Positions 37,245 through 51,095 of a stretch of DNA of 64,000 nt are shown piece after piece. This DNA comes from Eledone cirrhosa (lineage: Eukaryota): assembly GCA_964016885.1 (NCBI GenBank), contig OZ024750.1, positions 19,158,001-19,222,000 on the forward strand. The letters are read 5' to 3'. The notes below the pieces were generated by a model that was not told the DNA's origin, did no database searches, and was given only the letters and a program-made list of their open reading frames with translations. Position 1 is the first letter of the stretch. Each line of letters starts with the position of its first letter. The translations under genes were made by a program, and so were the position numbers.

Positions 37245-37685
37245 TAGTGTATGTGTGTGTTCGTGATGTGCATTTGCTCTCTACTCCCGTCAGCATGTTC
37301 AGAAATCAATGAAATCCGAGATAGGCTATGTCCTAACTAAGCGAAGGACAGTCGTGGCCGGAAATACTTCATTGACAGGTATATTTGATCGGGAAAAACC
37401 TAATACTAAACAGAATCCAGAATATTTGATCTTGTAAAGGTTTACCCTAATAATAGTTTAAGTTCCTTATAAATTGGATTTACTTATTTCTATCCTGGAA
37501 ATAAATGTCATATATATGTGAAACGTACATGACATGTCGATAATCAATAAAAACATGAAACGAATCTTCGTTGTTTTTTCTAAATATATATAACACTCTG
37601 TTTGTGCATCATATTTGTACCACCAACAGTAACCCACTGAATCACCTATACTAAACTGTAGTATACTATATAGATATGTATGTAT

Positions 37686-37962
37686 GTATGTGTGCCCTAA
37701 ATGTGGAAAGATTTTCTTGAGAAAATCTGGTCTCAAGAGCCACAGTCGCAGCCATGTTCAAAGAGAACCAGTGAACCATCTCCACGGTATATTGAAGATT
37801 CACAGGCAACCTGATGCAAGACCTGAGGCTAGGGAGATCCATAGTTGTCATCAATGTGCGAACGAGTGCAAGTCTCTAGCAGGCTTGAAAAGCCATATCC
37901 GAGCGTCACACATCTGAATCTGACAAGCGATTGCAATACTCTTAGCAGAGTTTGCAGCCATC
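37686..37962 (+). mobile_element. 5'-truncated RTE relative encoding the last two C2H2 fingers
   Basis: CPKCGKIFLRKSGLKSHSRSH and [22 protein letters not shown] (compare [13 protein letters not shown] in the full RTE); 3' hairpin + gcagccatc; (TATG) flanks. Confidence 0.85.
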
Positions 37963-39734
37963 GTGTATATATATATGTATGTATGCATGCATGCATATAT
38001 ACAGACTGTGACAGAAAAAAACTTCCCATATGTTACATGGTAAATTATTTAAAGGTAGGTGTTTTTTCAGCACCATGTATAACATTTATTTTCAGAATGG
38101 AAATAGAAAAGAAAATCCTACACACACACATTATTATAATTCAAACTTTGACATTCTGTTAATCAACCTGCTTAGTTCATTTATCACAGATATACATACA
38201 TCTGGATAATTTTCCCATTCCTATATTTTTACCAAAACGTAACAGGCAATTTGAACTTAGCAATGCCAAAAAGCGTTCACCGCTGAAGTTATCTCCATAA
38301 ATTACAGGATAACATTACATAACGCGAATCAATAATGACTGCAACAGTGAAATATGTCTGCAGCACCAATAAAGAATTTGAAGTATTAAAAATATGGAAA
38401 TACTGAATAAAATTTGTAGAATTGTTAATATTTCTTTTGATGTGTTGAGGTCTCGGAATTAGGGGAATTATGGCAGGCAACTCCACTATTAGGATGAATG
38501 CTTGAAATATATAAACTTGCATGGAATATAATCTGCAACAAGCAATAAATATATTGCGCAATATTGTGTGCAGATTTATGTACAGTAATACTGTACGCAA
38601 TATATTTACAAGTGTGATGTCTACCGATTATCATTTAATATATGCAATTAGCTAGCGTTCGTTTCATGGCTGTTGTTGTTGTTTTGCTGGTTGTTGGTGT
38701 TGTTATTGTGATTCCTATTGTTGTGTTAATCGGCTTAGTCAGTGTTTTCTTTTCGTTTAGAGAAGACTAGTACCCATGACCCTTTAATGTTTCATGGCCC
38801 TCTAGACGGACGGGAAGAAAATATATATATTTTGATACTTGGTAAGTTTAGGAAAAGCAGCCGTTACACTGAAAGTATTAGTCAAACCTGAAAATTCGTC
38901 CGAATGCTTGCAACAGAGTAATCGTCACTCCCAGAACACAAGTTCAGTATAGGGGTCAATTTTTCCTCCCTATCTCTTTCTCATTCTTTTTTCGAGTGGT
39001 TCTGTTAATTTATTCTGTTCTTCAAATAAGAAGAACCAGCGCCGCTCCTAGGAGCATTGGATTTGGTGTATTTCATATTTGTTTCGGTTGCTGAATACAA
39101 TCAGGGGTCGCTGCTTTTCCTGAAGGTCAATAGTTCTCTTCTCTCTTCTAACTCGAGCGAGAGCGTCTTTCCATTGTTAATTTGCATTGATCATCTGCAA
39201 AGCCGTATTGTTCTCAGAATCACTACACCAGTCTTTCGATGCGTGCAGCTGGAACTGCTGTCACCCATTGTTTTTGGCAGGATAAAAAAAACCAAAAACC
39301 AAACGAAGAATTCAGAATGCTAAGAAGAGCCAGGGTTAAATCTGCAATGGGTCTCACACAAAGCTCAAGTATTTTATTTTAAAGATGAAAGACAAGGTTG
39401 AGTTCGTGTTGTTCTTGTTATTTAGCCAAAGTACAAGTCTATGTATTTATATATCTATTTGACACCAAAACGGAACAGAAGCTGATCAACTACAACCCGT
39501 TGAAGTAAGAAACAGCTGAGCTGAGCGAGGAAGAGAAAGAAATTGGTAAAGAAATATAGAAGAAAAGACAACACTAGTATTGGACAGGTATTTCAACAGC
39601 ATTTGAACTCAGAGCCCAATAGATCGGAATAAATACCGTGCCATTTGTAATCCGACGCCCTAACGACTCTGCCAAGGGCCGCCATCGGTTAGAAAGAATG
39701 ATTGGAAAAATAAATTGCCTGCATTTGATTTGAA

Positions 39735-39805
39735 TATAAGCTGAAAGCGGTGCCCCAGCATGACCGCAGTGAAATGTTTGAAACCAGTAAAAGAAAAAAG
39801 AATAA
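39735..39805 (+). mobile_element. 3' tail fragment of a second SINE family
   Basis: gcggtgccccagcatgaccgcagt...gaaaccagtaaaagaaaaaagaat resembles a common octopus SINE tail; recognised from memory only. Confidence 0.55.
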
Positions 39806-40830
39806 GCAGGTTTGAGTCAACAATATGAAGTACCTGATTGCACATACTACTATCTCATTGATATACAAATTGTTATGTATCTAGTTCGCAGTAAAAGCAA
39901 AATAATAAGTATTTTCTATAAAATAGTTACATTATAATCTCTCTCTCTCTGTGTATTATGTATATATATATATATTATATATACGTATATATGTATATAT
40001 GTATATGTGTGTGTGTATACATGTATATATATATATATAATCATATATAAACATATATAGATGTACATACATTCATACAGAATTGTAAAAGAAATTCTAA
40101 GTAAAAGTTGCAAGTACTCTTGAGGGGATTCAATGCTAGACTTCCAATATTGACACGAGCAAACAACAAGGCATTGTTTTCTGTAAATAAAATATCGAAA
40201 TACATTGGAACAACTTGGAAAAACTTGAAACAACTAATAGAAAACCTATAGAGAAGTAGGGAAAGTAACATCAAAAGTTTTTGATCAGATACTAGTCTAC
40301 TAGTGTATATGGAAGGAGGTCTCTAAAGAGATTCCGAAGAGGGGGTGTATCAAAATAGGAATCTTATTTATTATCAAAAGAAATTGTAATTGTATAAACC
40401 CCATAACAGGATATTATTGTCACTGTTGTCATCGTTATTTCAGATAAGATCATTAAATATTGTCAAATGCATTGACAATGAACCAAAACCAGTCTTCTTA
40501 TGTATAATGCGCCATTTGCTTGTTTTTTAAAAGGGGGTACGCTTTCTGCAACAGATCTATTAGATAGTCTATCTCGATTTTCTATACTCCTGTGTCAATT
40601 GCATCTTCCACTGTACCAAGTGAACTACTAATATTTGGTAAAATTGTGACTTGAGATTTAACAACCGTCTTATTTCGTGCTTCGATTATTTGTCGATAGT
40701 CAAATCCCTCTTTTCAGTTTGGGCTACTCTAGTCTCAAACGGTCCGGATGAGACTATGATCAGAATTTCTTTCTTGATCTTATCAACAATTATGTTTTCT
40801 TCTTCTTCTTCTTCTTCTTATTATTATTAT

Positions 40831-41350
40831 AAATCCCGCCGAGGTTAACTTTGCCTTTCATCCTTACGGAGTCGATAAAATAAAGTACCAGTAATGCACT
40901 GGGTAATTGCTGGCCTTGTGCCAAAAGTAGAAACAATTATTATCATTATTATAGGCAGTGGATTGGCAGAATCGGTAGAGCGTTGGACACCATGCTTTTC
41001 AGCATAGAGTTACAGCCCTTTACGGTCTGTGTTCAAATCGCGCCGAGGTTAACTTTGTCTTTCATCCTTACGGGGTCGATAAAATAAAGTACCAGTAATG
41101 TACTGGGGTCGATTTAATCGACTTTCCCCACACCAAAATACTGGACTTGTGCCTATACTAGAAATCATTTTATGTATCGGTAGAGCGTCAGACACCATGC
41201 TTTTTAGCATAGAGTTATGGCCATTTACGTTCTGAGTTCAAATCCCGCCAAGGTTGACATTGCCTTTCATCCTTCCAGGGTCGATAAAATAAAGTACCAG
41301 TAATGCATTGGGACAATTGTTGGCCTTGTGCCAAAAGTAGAAACAATTAT
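40831..41350 (+). mobile_element. Tandem cluster of three tRNA-derived SINE copies
   Basis: Units at about 40831-40940 (5'-truncated), 40954-41165 (long variant) and 41176-41350, joined by ATT-rich linkers. Confidence 0.92.
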
Positions 41351-41379
41351 TATACTTATCATTATTGTAGTTATCACTT

Positions 41380-43560
41380 AGCCACTTAGTCACATGTCAA
41401 GTCACAAGGACCTCGGACATATAATACTTTTCTTAAAATGAGCGCAATACCTAGCAAGGTTGATTAATATATAACTTCATGAAATTTTGAAGTTTTAATG
41501 AGTTTGACCCTAATGCCTTGATCACAACTGGTGTCCCTTTCCCATTAGCTTCTTTGCATTCCTAGTAATACTTTCAAATCGGAATATTTGCTTATTTTCC
41601 CAACCTCTTTACTCGCAATAATCGAGTCATTTGGTATTTTTCTTCATTGTTCGATACGAAAATATTTAGTCGACAATGCTGAATTACTATCAGTTTGGAA
41701 ATCGTAATCCCCGAATATCCTTGCTTTCCCATTCCCCTGCATTACTTAATAAGGCACATGCTGATTCCAGTTCTCTATTACATCATATTGTAATTTACGA
41801 CACAATGCTAATGAAATTACAAACAGACTTTATAATAACAGCGCTTGTATCCATTTTGTGCCAGACTCCCACGTCCACTTACCAGGAGAATCATATTGTC
41901 TACATTCTTTTTACAGAGTCTGCATTTCTGAGTATCAGAGGTTTTGTAGATGCTGCACTTGACCGAATTGGTGGGAAGACCTTGGTTATGTGCTGTAATT
42001 ATAAGGCTTTTAGTGTCACACTTAAACCACGTCTACGATGTTGTCTTATTCTTGGTATCCTCTGTATCTCTTCCAAATTAACCATGCATTTTCATTCCCA
42101 GAAGATATTTTCTTTTCTTGTCATCGTTTTGATCTCTCCCTTTTTAACATTTTATCTGCATTTCTACTCCTATCTTCTGCTGCATGTTGCAGCAACTCTC
42201 CGTCAATGTCTATTTACCAAATATTCTGGAAGCCTTCTCTTTTCCTTTCTCACACAACAATCCACACTGATGAACGTTCGACCTGCATTCTTTCCTTTCA
42301 TATATAATCTATTCATATTTGCTTTACGGTATTAAGCTCCATACAATGTCATTCACATTCTCGTCTTTCTATCCAGCTTTGATACTTCTTCATTCCACCT
42401 GACAATGGGCGCAATATATCTAAACACTGCAACTACCTAGATATTCATTGTAGTAACTGACCAGATTTCTCGCCTTCAGACTGGATTTCAAAATAATTTT
42501 TCGCTCTTTAAATATGACTATCTAAACTTTTCTTTCATTTCTGTCTGCTATCTCTGGTTTCCCCATAGTTTTTCCCAATGGTAGCCGTATTCCTCCACAG
42601 GTTACCTTCGGCTCTCTTTTCATATTGAGCGCATTACATTTGGAAATCTCAAATTCCATGCTGATGTCACTACCACATATCTGGACTGTTTTAACAAATG
42701 ATCTATCTGGTTTTCTGACAAATAATTTCCGATAATCCATAAACAAAAGATGGTTTATGAATGGCTATTGCTTTTCTCATTGGTAACTCATTTCAATGTT
42801 TCTAAGCTTAAGCGTTGTAGATATAAATATTATAACAAATAAGAATGGAAAATGAGTCACCGCGGAAGATACCCATTTTAATCCCCCCCCCCCTCCAAAA
42901 AAAAAGAACATATTGCTCAAGTAAACCACTCTGGCGTACTATTCAGAAGAAATTGAAGGCGCTGATCTAGTGCTGCATTTAGAAAACTTTCCGTCGCGGC
43001 TTTTAGTCAAGTGCTTCTTAAACAGGTTTGTGAATCACATCCATGAGCTAGGCAGGTTTCGCTAGGAATGGAGATCCAGCCGGATCAATTGGAGAAGGGT
43101 ACTTCTGAATTCTGACAGGACTCACTGGAAGATGTGTTTAAGGTCACTGCACTCACCACCCTTACAGGAATAAGTGGGCGAAAAGAAGAAAAAGACAATT
43201 TCTTTTTATTCAGTGTTTTCGAATATTGGCCATATATAAGTTTTCTTGGCATAGTTTTAACATAGCATTCTGGAGATCTATTTTCAATTAGGATTTTATC
43301 TTTTTCGCAGTTTCTATTGTTGTTTCTTCTTTGCTTTCATTTTCCTCATACTTATATGGCAATTCAGATTCTGGTTTGAATTTGTTGGCTTCATGGATAT
43401 TTATATTAATTTTCCATTATTCTTCGTTAGCTACTTTCATAAGTCTTACTGTGGTTAAACCTTTTCTGGTTGCATAGTTGTTTCCCCGGTATTTGAGGTA
43501 GAAGTTTTAAAATAATAATTATTTAAAACTTCCTTTGAATTCTGCTTCTTTCTTAAATGA
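41380..43560 (-). mobile_element. Highly decayed R4/Dong-clade retrotransposon
   Basis: Minus-strand fragments INHLLFMDYRKLF (YMDD region), SDISMEFEISKC, NVVARYLG-AIVRW and terminal LLG..LILRKVL; many stops; upstream boundary approximate. Confidence 0.72.
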
Positions 43561-43809
43561 TGCCAAGTGTCAACTTGACACCCGAGACAAAATTTGATAA
43601 TAAACACATTTTACAATTAATTGTCACACAAATGATGCCCGAAGAGCACAGACAACAGTAAATCTCTTTGTTAGGATTTTGATAACAGAATTGTCATCAT
43701 TTTCAAAATATATTCCCAATTCTTTCGCAAACATCCTACTTTCTTTTGTGACTGAATGCAACTTCTTCCTTTCGTGATTTCGAATCATTTTCATCATCCA
43801 GTTTTTTGT

Positions 43810-44372
43810 AGATTGGCAGAATTGGAAGACCGTCGGACAAAATGCTCTGCAGTATTTACTTATGGCCCTTTACGTTCTGAGTTCAAATCTCGTTTTGCCT
43901 TTCATACTCTTCAAATTGCTGGCCTTGTGCCAGTTGCAGAAACAATTATTATTATTAGGGAGATGTATTTGCAGAATCAGTAGAGGGTAGGACGCCATGC
44001 TTTACAGCATAGAGTTACGGGCCTTTACGGTCCGAGTTCAAATCCCGCCGAGGTTAACTTTGTCTTTCATCCTTACGGGGTCGATAAAATAAAGTACCAG
44101 TAAAGCATTGGGGGTATTGCTGGCCTTGTGCCAAAAGTAGAAACACTTATTATTAAGGAGATGAGCTGGCAGCGTTGTTACAGCATCGGACAACATTTTT
44201 TGTGGTAGTCAGTTAAGACGCTCTATGTTCTGAGTTCATATCCCGCCAAGGTCAACTTTGCCTTTCATCTTTCCTGGGACACTAAAATAAAATACCAGTA
44301 AAGTACTGGGTCGATTTAATCGATATTCCTCCTCCGCTCAAATCTCTGGCCTTGTGCCAATATTAGAAGGAA
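43810..44372 (+). mobile_element. Tandem cluster of three tRNA-derived SINE copies
   Basis: Units at about 43810-43950 (internally deleted), 43958-44150 and 44157-44372 (older, long variant), linked by (ATT)n. Confidence 0.9.
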
Positions 44373-44850
44373 TTACTATAAAATACTGTACAGTAGTTGC
44401 TCAGTTAGTTTGGATTCCCGGCTAGGCCGACTCAATAAAGTTAAATTCCATACATTTCTCTCTCCCATGGCCATATTGAGTTCCTGGATACATTACACGC
44501 ACGTTACTATCCTGTGCGAGGTTGTAATATATGTAATATATCCAACTCATCTCTTTTCTTATCATTGTCATATTCAGTTTCTGAATAGACTTCAGATAAG
44601 TATCCTACTTTAGGTCGTCAATGTATTTGTCACAATATCCACCATTCGTTACCTTCCGGGATGTAGATCCCATGGGACCAGTTGTAATGCTTCTCCTTCT
44701 GTATATCGTGCACAATGTCCCGATAGACGGAGTCGATGTTTTCTGTTCTCATTTATTTTTTGGAGGATTCCATACAGGCATTTGTTCTTATGTGGTGTTA
44801 TCGCTTCTCATCAATAACTAACTGTAGTAGCCTTTATAAGATTCAATAAT

Positions 44851-44907
44851 GATTTCTAGTATAGGCACAAGGCCCGTAATTTGATCGACCCCAGTGCATT
44901 ACTGGTG
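44851..44907 (-). mobile_element. Severely 5'-truncated SINE with 19-bp TSD
   Basis: TSD ctttataagattcaataat at 44832-44850 and 44908-44926. Confidence 0.88.
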
Positions 44908-46454
44908 CTTTATAAGATTCAATAATATAAGTATAAACCTACAATTTATAGAAATAACACAGAAATATGCATGGCTTTACTAAAACCAGACAGAATTCAA
45001 ATAAATAACATGCAGCTATTTCATTATATTATATAAGAATATAGATATAAATTTACAGTTTGTGGAAAGAGTAGAAATAAATTTGAGTTGCTCTAACAAA
45101 ACTGAGGTTACAGAAAAAAATTCACAAACTTTCGACAACAACTTTAAATATGTTACATTTCAAGTGGTAAAAAAATTATGTGAATCTACTCACGAATTCA
45201 CACCAGAAATACGAGAACATTTTTTCATCTGATACATTGAAAATTTCCAAAGAATAATACACTAATTTTAGTAGCAATACGAGACATTCATGGTTACAAA
45301 AATAATTAGCATTGAAAAAATAGAAATAAATTTAAAAAAAATGAAATGCTGACAAAAGCACTTGTATTGATGAGGTGCTAGCAAAAGTTTAAGAAGAAGC
45401 AGCAGGTGGTTTAAAAACCTCTATTAAAGGTTTTGTATCGAATAATCTAATCTTTTATAACCAGTATTAATTATATTTATTACAACCAACACGATAATTT
45501 CAGGTGATCAATGTTTATGAAATCATTGTATTATTTATTGAGTGCCTATTTTATATAACGCAAACAAGCACGTTTATTGTTGAAGCGTTTAACTTGCACT
45601 TGCTCAACCAAATTCATTGATCAGAAAGCAAAAGATGAACAACGAAAAATAGCAAACCCAATTTATAGGATTGGTTAATCTTAATATTCTGAAATGTTTC
45701 GACGCAGTAGGTTGCCCCCCCCCCCCCCAAAAAAAAAAACCACACACACACAAACAAAAAACAACACAATCCTAACAACAAATCTCAAATCAACAGAAAT
45801 GAAATAAATACCGAACCTCTTCCATAACATATTTAAATCGAAGTAAACAATGTGTAAAAAAATTGACATCATATGGAAACAAAATGAAGATAAAATGCAG
45901 AGTTAAAAAATGCTGGCATTTTTATCACTTAATGAGCATATTCTTGATAGCAACCACTTGTACACTCGATTTGATGGGGTTAAATAATTATCTGCACAGA
46001 TGACACAATCTTTCTTTATTCCTATAAAGATCCATAAATGTTTTAAAAGAAAAAAAATAGATCCTAAATTTTATTCGCTCATAATAAAATTTTGACGCCG
46101 TCTATAAAGACTGAATGTACTCTCCTTAAATAAAAAGAGGCTATTAAAATTATCAGCAACAGTTTTTATTGAATATATTTGGGGGGAATATATCCATAAT
46201 CGTTGAAAGTCTGTATTGCGTTTGGTTAGATGAAGCACGCAACTTTAAATAAAATATACATAGAATAAATAAAGGCAAATTTGAAATTCAAATATTTATA
46301 GAAAGGCAATATTGCATGAATATGACAAGAAGAAAGCTGTATCGTTGTTTCAAGGCCACTGTGGCATAATACAGGGGATAGCAAGAAAACACTTTAAATT
46401 ATCCAAACACACATGCTTCCATTTATCAAAAAATTAACTCAAGATACATGAATA

Positions 46455-46560
46455 GGAGCAGTGATTGCTGAGTGATTAAGGAGTTTACTTCGCAACTAGT
46501 TGGTTCTAGGTTCTGTTCCGTTGTGTGGCAACTTGGGAAAGTGTCTAATATAACCATAAC
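46455..46560 (+). mobile_element. Decayed tRNA-headed SINE (second family)
   Basis: gctgagtgattaaggagtttact...ggttctgttccgttgtgtggcaacttgggaaagtgtc; related fragments at 32620-32740 and 49935-50205. Confidence 0.5.
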
Positions 46561-47439
46561 TCAACTGATGTTTCTATTCTTCAGATTCCGTATATTGTAT
46601 CAAACGGTATATGATAATATAATCACTAGGTATCATCTCTCTGTGGGTTGAATATCATGGATTGTTTTAATGTTTCACATGGTTAACTAAGAGCGGGTAA
46701 ATTGTGGATTTTGTATAACGCCTATGGCGGGATATGAACTCGGAATTCAAAGGGGCAGAACAAACATGTAAAGGCAGCAAATCCGTCACTCTAACATTTC
46801 CGCTAGTCCACTAGTTCGCTCCCGAAAGAATGAAAGCAAAGTTTCTCTCGGCTTCATTTGAAAACAAAGAATCAAAGTAAGCAAAGCAAGACTTTCTATA
46901 TGATAATATTTAGTTTTAATTACTTGAACAATTGAAAGATTTAATTGTGTAACGTGTATTGTGCAACATTTCGGTGTCTGATATACGTTGACTCTTGTGT
47001 GATTTGCATATTGGTATAGTATGGTGTTGTATACTGTTTAATTTTCAGTTGATCACTAAGCTTTTAAATCTACATTAATACTGTTTTGAAGATTTCGATG
47101 TCGTATATTACGCCGCTTGTTTATTGAATATTAGGTGGAATTTTCATGGACTTGTTAATTAATGTGGTTATATGGAAAGTTTTAGTGTTTCCAAGCACAG
47201 TCATATGACAAAAACAACAATTTGGAATGTTCTAGTAATAATTGCACACTATTTTCCTTGCACAGAATCCGCTAGCTTATATATATTATTATATGTGAAT
47301 AATGTAGAATCAATAATAGGTTGTTTATGACTGAATGACTTAAACGGAGGCCGGATGGAAACCTAATTAACGTCAAACTACCACAAAATAAGTCTTCATA
47401 ATAATTGCAACATTTATATCAATATTGGTTTCTAATGTA

Positions 47440-47860
47440 TGTAAAGGCTATCGATTTTAGGGAAGAGATGGTCGATTAAATCCAACCTAGATCTTGAATA
47501 GTACATTATATCGACTCCGGAAAGATGTAAGGCAAATTTGACGCCAGCAGGATTTGAACTTAGAATGTAAAGAGTCGGAACTAAATACCATGAGTCATTT
47601 TGTTCGACGGAAATGGCAGAAGGAATCATATAGTTTCAAACAAATATTTTTAATAATAATTATTTCTAATTTACGTGCTAGAACAGTAATTATGTGGAGT
47701 CGAACATATCTACACCACTACTTTTATCGAACCCAGAAGGAAGAACAGCAAACATTTAATCTTTGTGGGATTTGAACGCAAATTTCAAAATTCTAAACGT
47801 AAAAATCCGGATAAAATACCACAGACAATTTTGTCGGGCGCTCTAACGATTCTGCCAATG
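47440..47860 (-). mobile_element. Two decayed tRNA-derived SINE copies
   Basis: tatcgactccggaaagatgtaaggcaaatttgac...ggatttgaactt, and a second copy ending ctctaacgattctgccaa. Confidence 0.7.
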
Positions 47861-50569
47861 AGATAAAACAATATTGGAGAATGTTCCTATCTGATATATT
47901 TTATAGTAGGTTTGTTAAACGAACTGTCGGATACAAACCTTTGAAGGTGACTGTAGCCTTTACAGATTACAAACATTTTTGAATGTAAAATCTTGTAATC
48001 AGAAGTCGTTAGCAGGCACCTGACATTGCAGATTAGCTGACAGAAGCAATAGATATCAATGAACTTCCCTGTTATGCATAGAGAATGTAATGTCTCTTCC
48101 TTTCTACATTTATGACATTTCAATCACAACTTTACAATTTCATATCTATTGGTCAATCAAAAACACTAAATATTTCCCCGCTATCTTGATGAGTTTGTTC
48201 ACCAGAGCAACAACTATCAACCATAATATATCACGCGATTATACACACACGCACACACACACATATATATATATATATATTATATATATATATATATTGT
48301 GTCACGCTGTATATCCATGAGAATGAATTTAGAGGTACACGTCTCTATAGAATACTTAGTCCTCCGTCCCCCATAGATTAATTTCACGTATAGGCAGTTC
48401 CGTCGACCGAACAACTGGCATATTACTCATTGAAATCAACGTAAATGCATTTTTATTTCAAGTCAGTCTCAAACAAATTAATATACTTGAAGAAAACATA
48501 TCAGATGGATAATTTACTACTTTACAATGTACGATATATAAAATATTGTTAGGTGAAGGTATATAAAATATATGTATATTCTAATTGTAATATATATACA
48601 TAGGTCTATTAAACTCTTAACATCCTGTACAACACTATAGCTGCATCACATTAAAAATTAAAGCCTTCTCTCTTATTTTACTAAAAATTCTCACAACGAT
48701 CTATCTACCCATATTAAAGATACTATAAGTAAGTGAATAAATAAATCTATTTTTAGACATTATCTGAATAAATGGAGGATATTAAGAGAAAATAAGTAAA
48801 TGTAATACATCCACAGTTTGCATATACAAGACATTTTAAATTTAGAAATGGTGTATTGATAGTATTGATAAGTGAGATCGAATTTTGTCATGAGCATAGA
48901 TTTTCAAACTGTATTTTCCACACACAAATCATACGTTCTTAACATTTGAATATACAAAATATACAAATATAACTTATTCATTTCCTACCTCGTTATTATT
49001 CATATAATCCATATGTTATGTTTATGTTGAAGGTCTGATATTCGTTAGAAGCTACAGGAGTGCAAGAACGGTCGCTGTTTCAGTAATGAAATTAACCATC
49101 GTTAAACTAGCCGGAAGGAAGGAGGAGTTATACTGATGTTCACAAATTTGAGAACTATGACCGTCAAATTAACATTTGACTTGCAGTAACAAATAGATAA
49201 TGCGAGCGAGTTCAAGTTTTTAACAACGGGAAGAGAGGGAAATTTCGACAATAATATTTTGATTATAAATCATGTCTTTATGTGTTGATGCTAGCTGAAT
49301 TAAATGCTTGGTTATCGAGAAAACTTACAATATCCTAAAGTGAGATACACTTAGGAAATCATTAAATTGTATCAATTTCTACACAGCATGGTCAAATAGT
49401 TGAGAAGTTCTTTTCGCAATCATTAGATTCCTGGTTCAATATGTGCCATTTACTGCATCCTAAAAAATGTCTGTGGAATACCCAACCACTTAGGTTAATT
49501 TCATATATAGACTGTTCCATTGATCGAAACCGGCAGCAGTTCATTCCATTCCACTCCGCCTCTTGCCAATAATTAGATAGAATGTCAAACATAAAGCAAA
49601 AATGTGTTCAATTAGGAGCATAAATATGCTATTATTTGACAGCATATAATTGGTGTAGCCATTGGTTGCCAATTTGGCTAAAGATAAAGCTGATGTAACT
49701 GCGATGGAGTATGTTAAGTATACATTACATAATATTTTAGAAAATGAACCATTTTTTTTAATCTAGAGAAATACCCATGAGCACATTATTGTTGAAATCA
49801 TATATTGAAGATAAATTTCCCAATAAAATTGACAAACAACCAGTGTATTTATAAAATATAATCATTATCGAAATATTAAAATGTTCATCACCCACCTACC
49901 ACCTTATTACTGCAACTGTTGACAAAGCATAACCAAATGTTTAAGAAATTTACTTTACAATTATTAGCTCCCAAGTTCGATCCACTACATGGTATCTTGG
50001 GCAAGTATTATTTACCAAAACCTTGTGAATAAAATTGCGTAGACGTAAACTGTTTGGAAGTTGGATCTGATATATAATTCAGTGGATGAGCCTTGTGACA
50101 CATTGTGCCACGTTAAATATCATGAGGATCATGTTAAGGGTAAATATGTCTGCAGAATGCTCAGTCACTTGCATATTAATTTCCTGAGCAGACTGTTCCG
50201 TTGATCAAACAAATGTAAAAAAAAAAATCAAGGAGGCCTATTTCGTTCCATATTAAAGGTAAATTTCCTGATGAAATTAACATGTAACAATGATGTTTAC
50301 AGTATATGTATCTATGAACCTGATGGTGTGGTTGGGGCGTCGTCGTATGTTGTACGTCTGAATACAGTCCATTTCTTCCAGAGAAGGAGAGAAAAATAGA
50401 GATACAGAGGGAGTGGAGGAGAGATACAGAGGAAGAATCAAGTCAACAACTGGAGTGGTACTTGTTTTATCTACTTCGAACGGATGAAAATCAGAGTTGG
50501 TCTCAGCGGAATCTGAACTCAGAGAGTGCACCAGCTCTGAGCTTTTTTTAATAAAAAAAAAAACAATAG

Positions 50570-50805
50570 AAAAAAATGAGATGTCCTACACGGGTGAAAG
50601 TATAAGGAAAAGAAATCGAAAATGCAACTGGAGTCTTTTAAAGAATATTTATTTATCTGAGATGTGAGTCAAACCACAAACCCTTCATCTAAATTTTATC
50701 TTTGAAAAGCATAAGAACTGTGAAACCGGTAAAATAAAAAAATAAATATTATTTAAAAAGACTTCAGTTGCATTTTCGATTTCTTTTCCGTATACTTTAA
50801 CCCGT
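50570..50805. mobile_element. Penelope-like terminal repeat, U3A8 family, copy 3 with inverted arm
   Basis: About 50597-50655 is the reverse complement of about 50741-50805; decayed hammerhead at 50699-50735. Confidence 0.7.
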
Positions 50806-50907
50806 ATATATATATATATATATATATATATGACTGTCATTGCTCCATTTAGACTACTAACCCTCACCAGGCACCCTAAACCGAACTCCAATCTTTACTC
50901 ATGATTC

Positions 50908-50952
50908 ATGCCGAACAAATAGTATTCACCCTACAGATCAAACCATGTATTC

Positions 50953-50988
<36 letters not shown>

Positions 50989-51027
50989 GAATACATGGTT
51001 TGATCTGTAGGGTGAATACTATTTGTT

Positions 51028-51033
<6 letters not shown>
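50908..51033. repeat. Perfect ~46-bp inverted repeat around a (TA)n spacer
   Basis: atgccgaacaaatagtattcaccctacagatcaaaccatgtattcg-(TA)n-cgaatacatggtttgatctgtagggtgaatactatttgttcggcat. Confidence 0.93.

Positions 51034-51095
<62 letters not shown>

Noticed and set aside
39020-39290. Possible host exon in a GC-richer unique segment
   Set aside because: The minus-strand frames checked are interrupted by stops, the plus-strand 88-aa ORF has no recognisable domain, and there is no convincing splice-site pair.
41676-42335. 219-aa plus-strand ORF
   Set aside because: Antisense to the decayed R4/Dong coding sequence; no recognisable domain.
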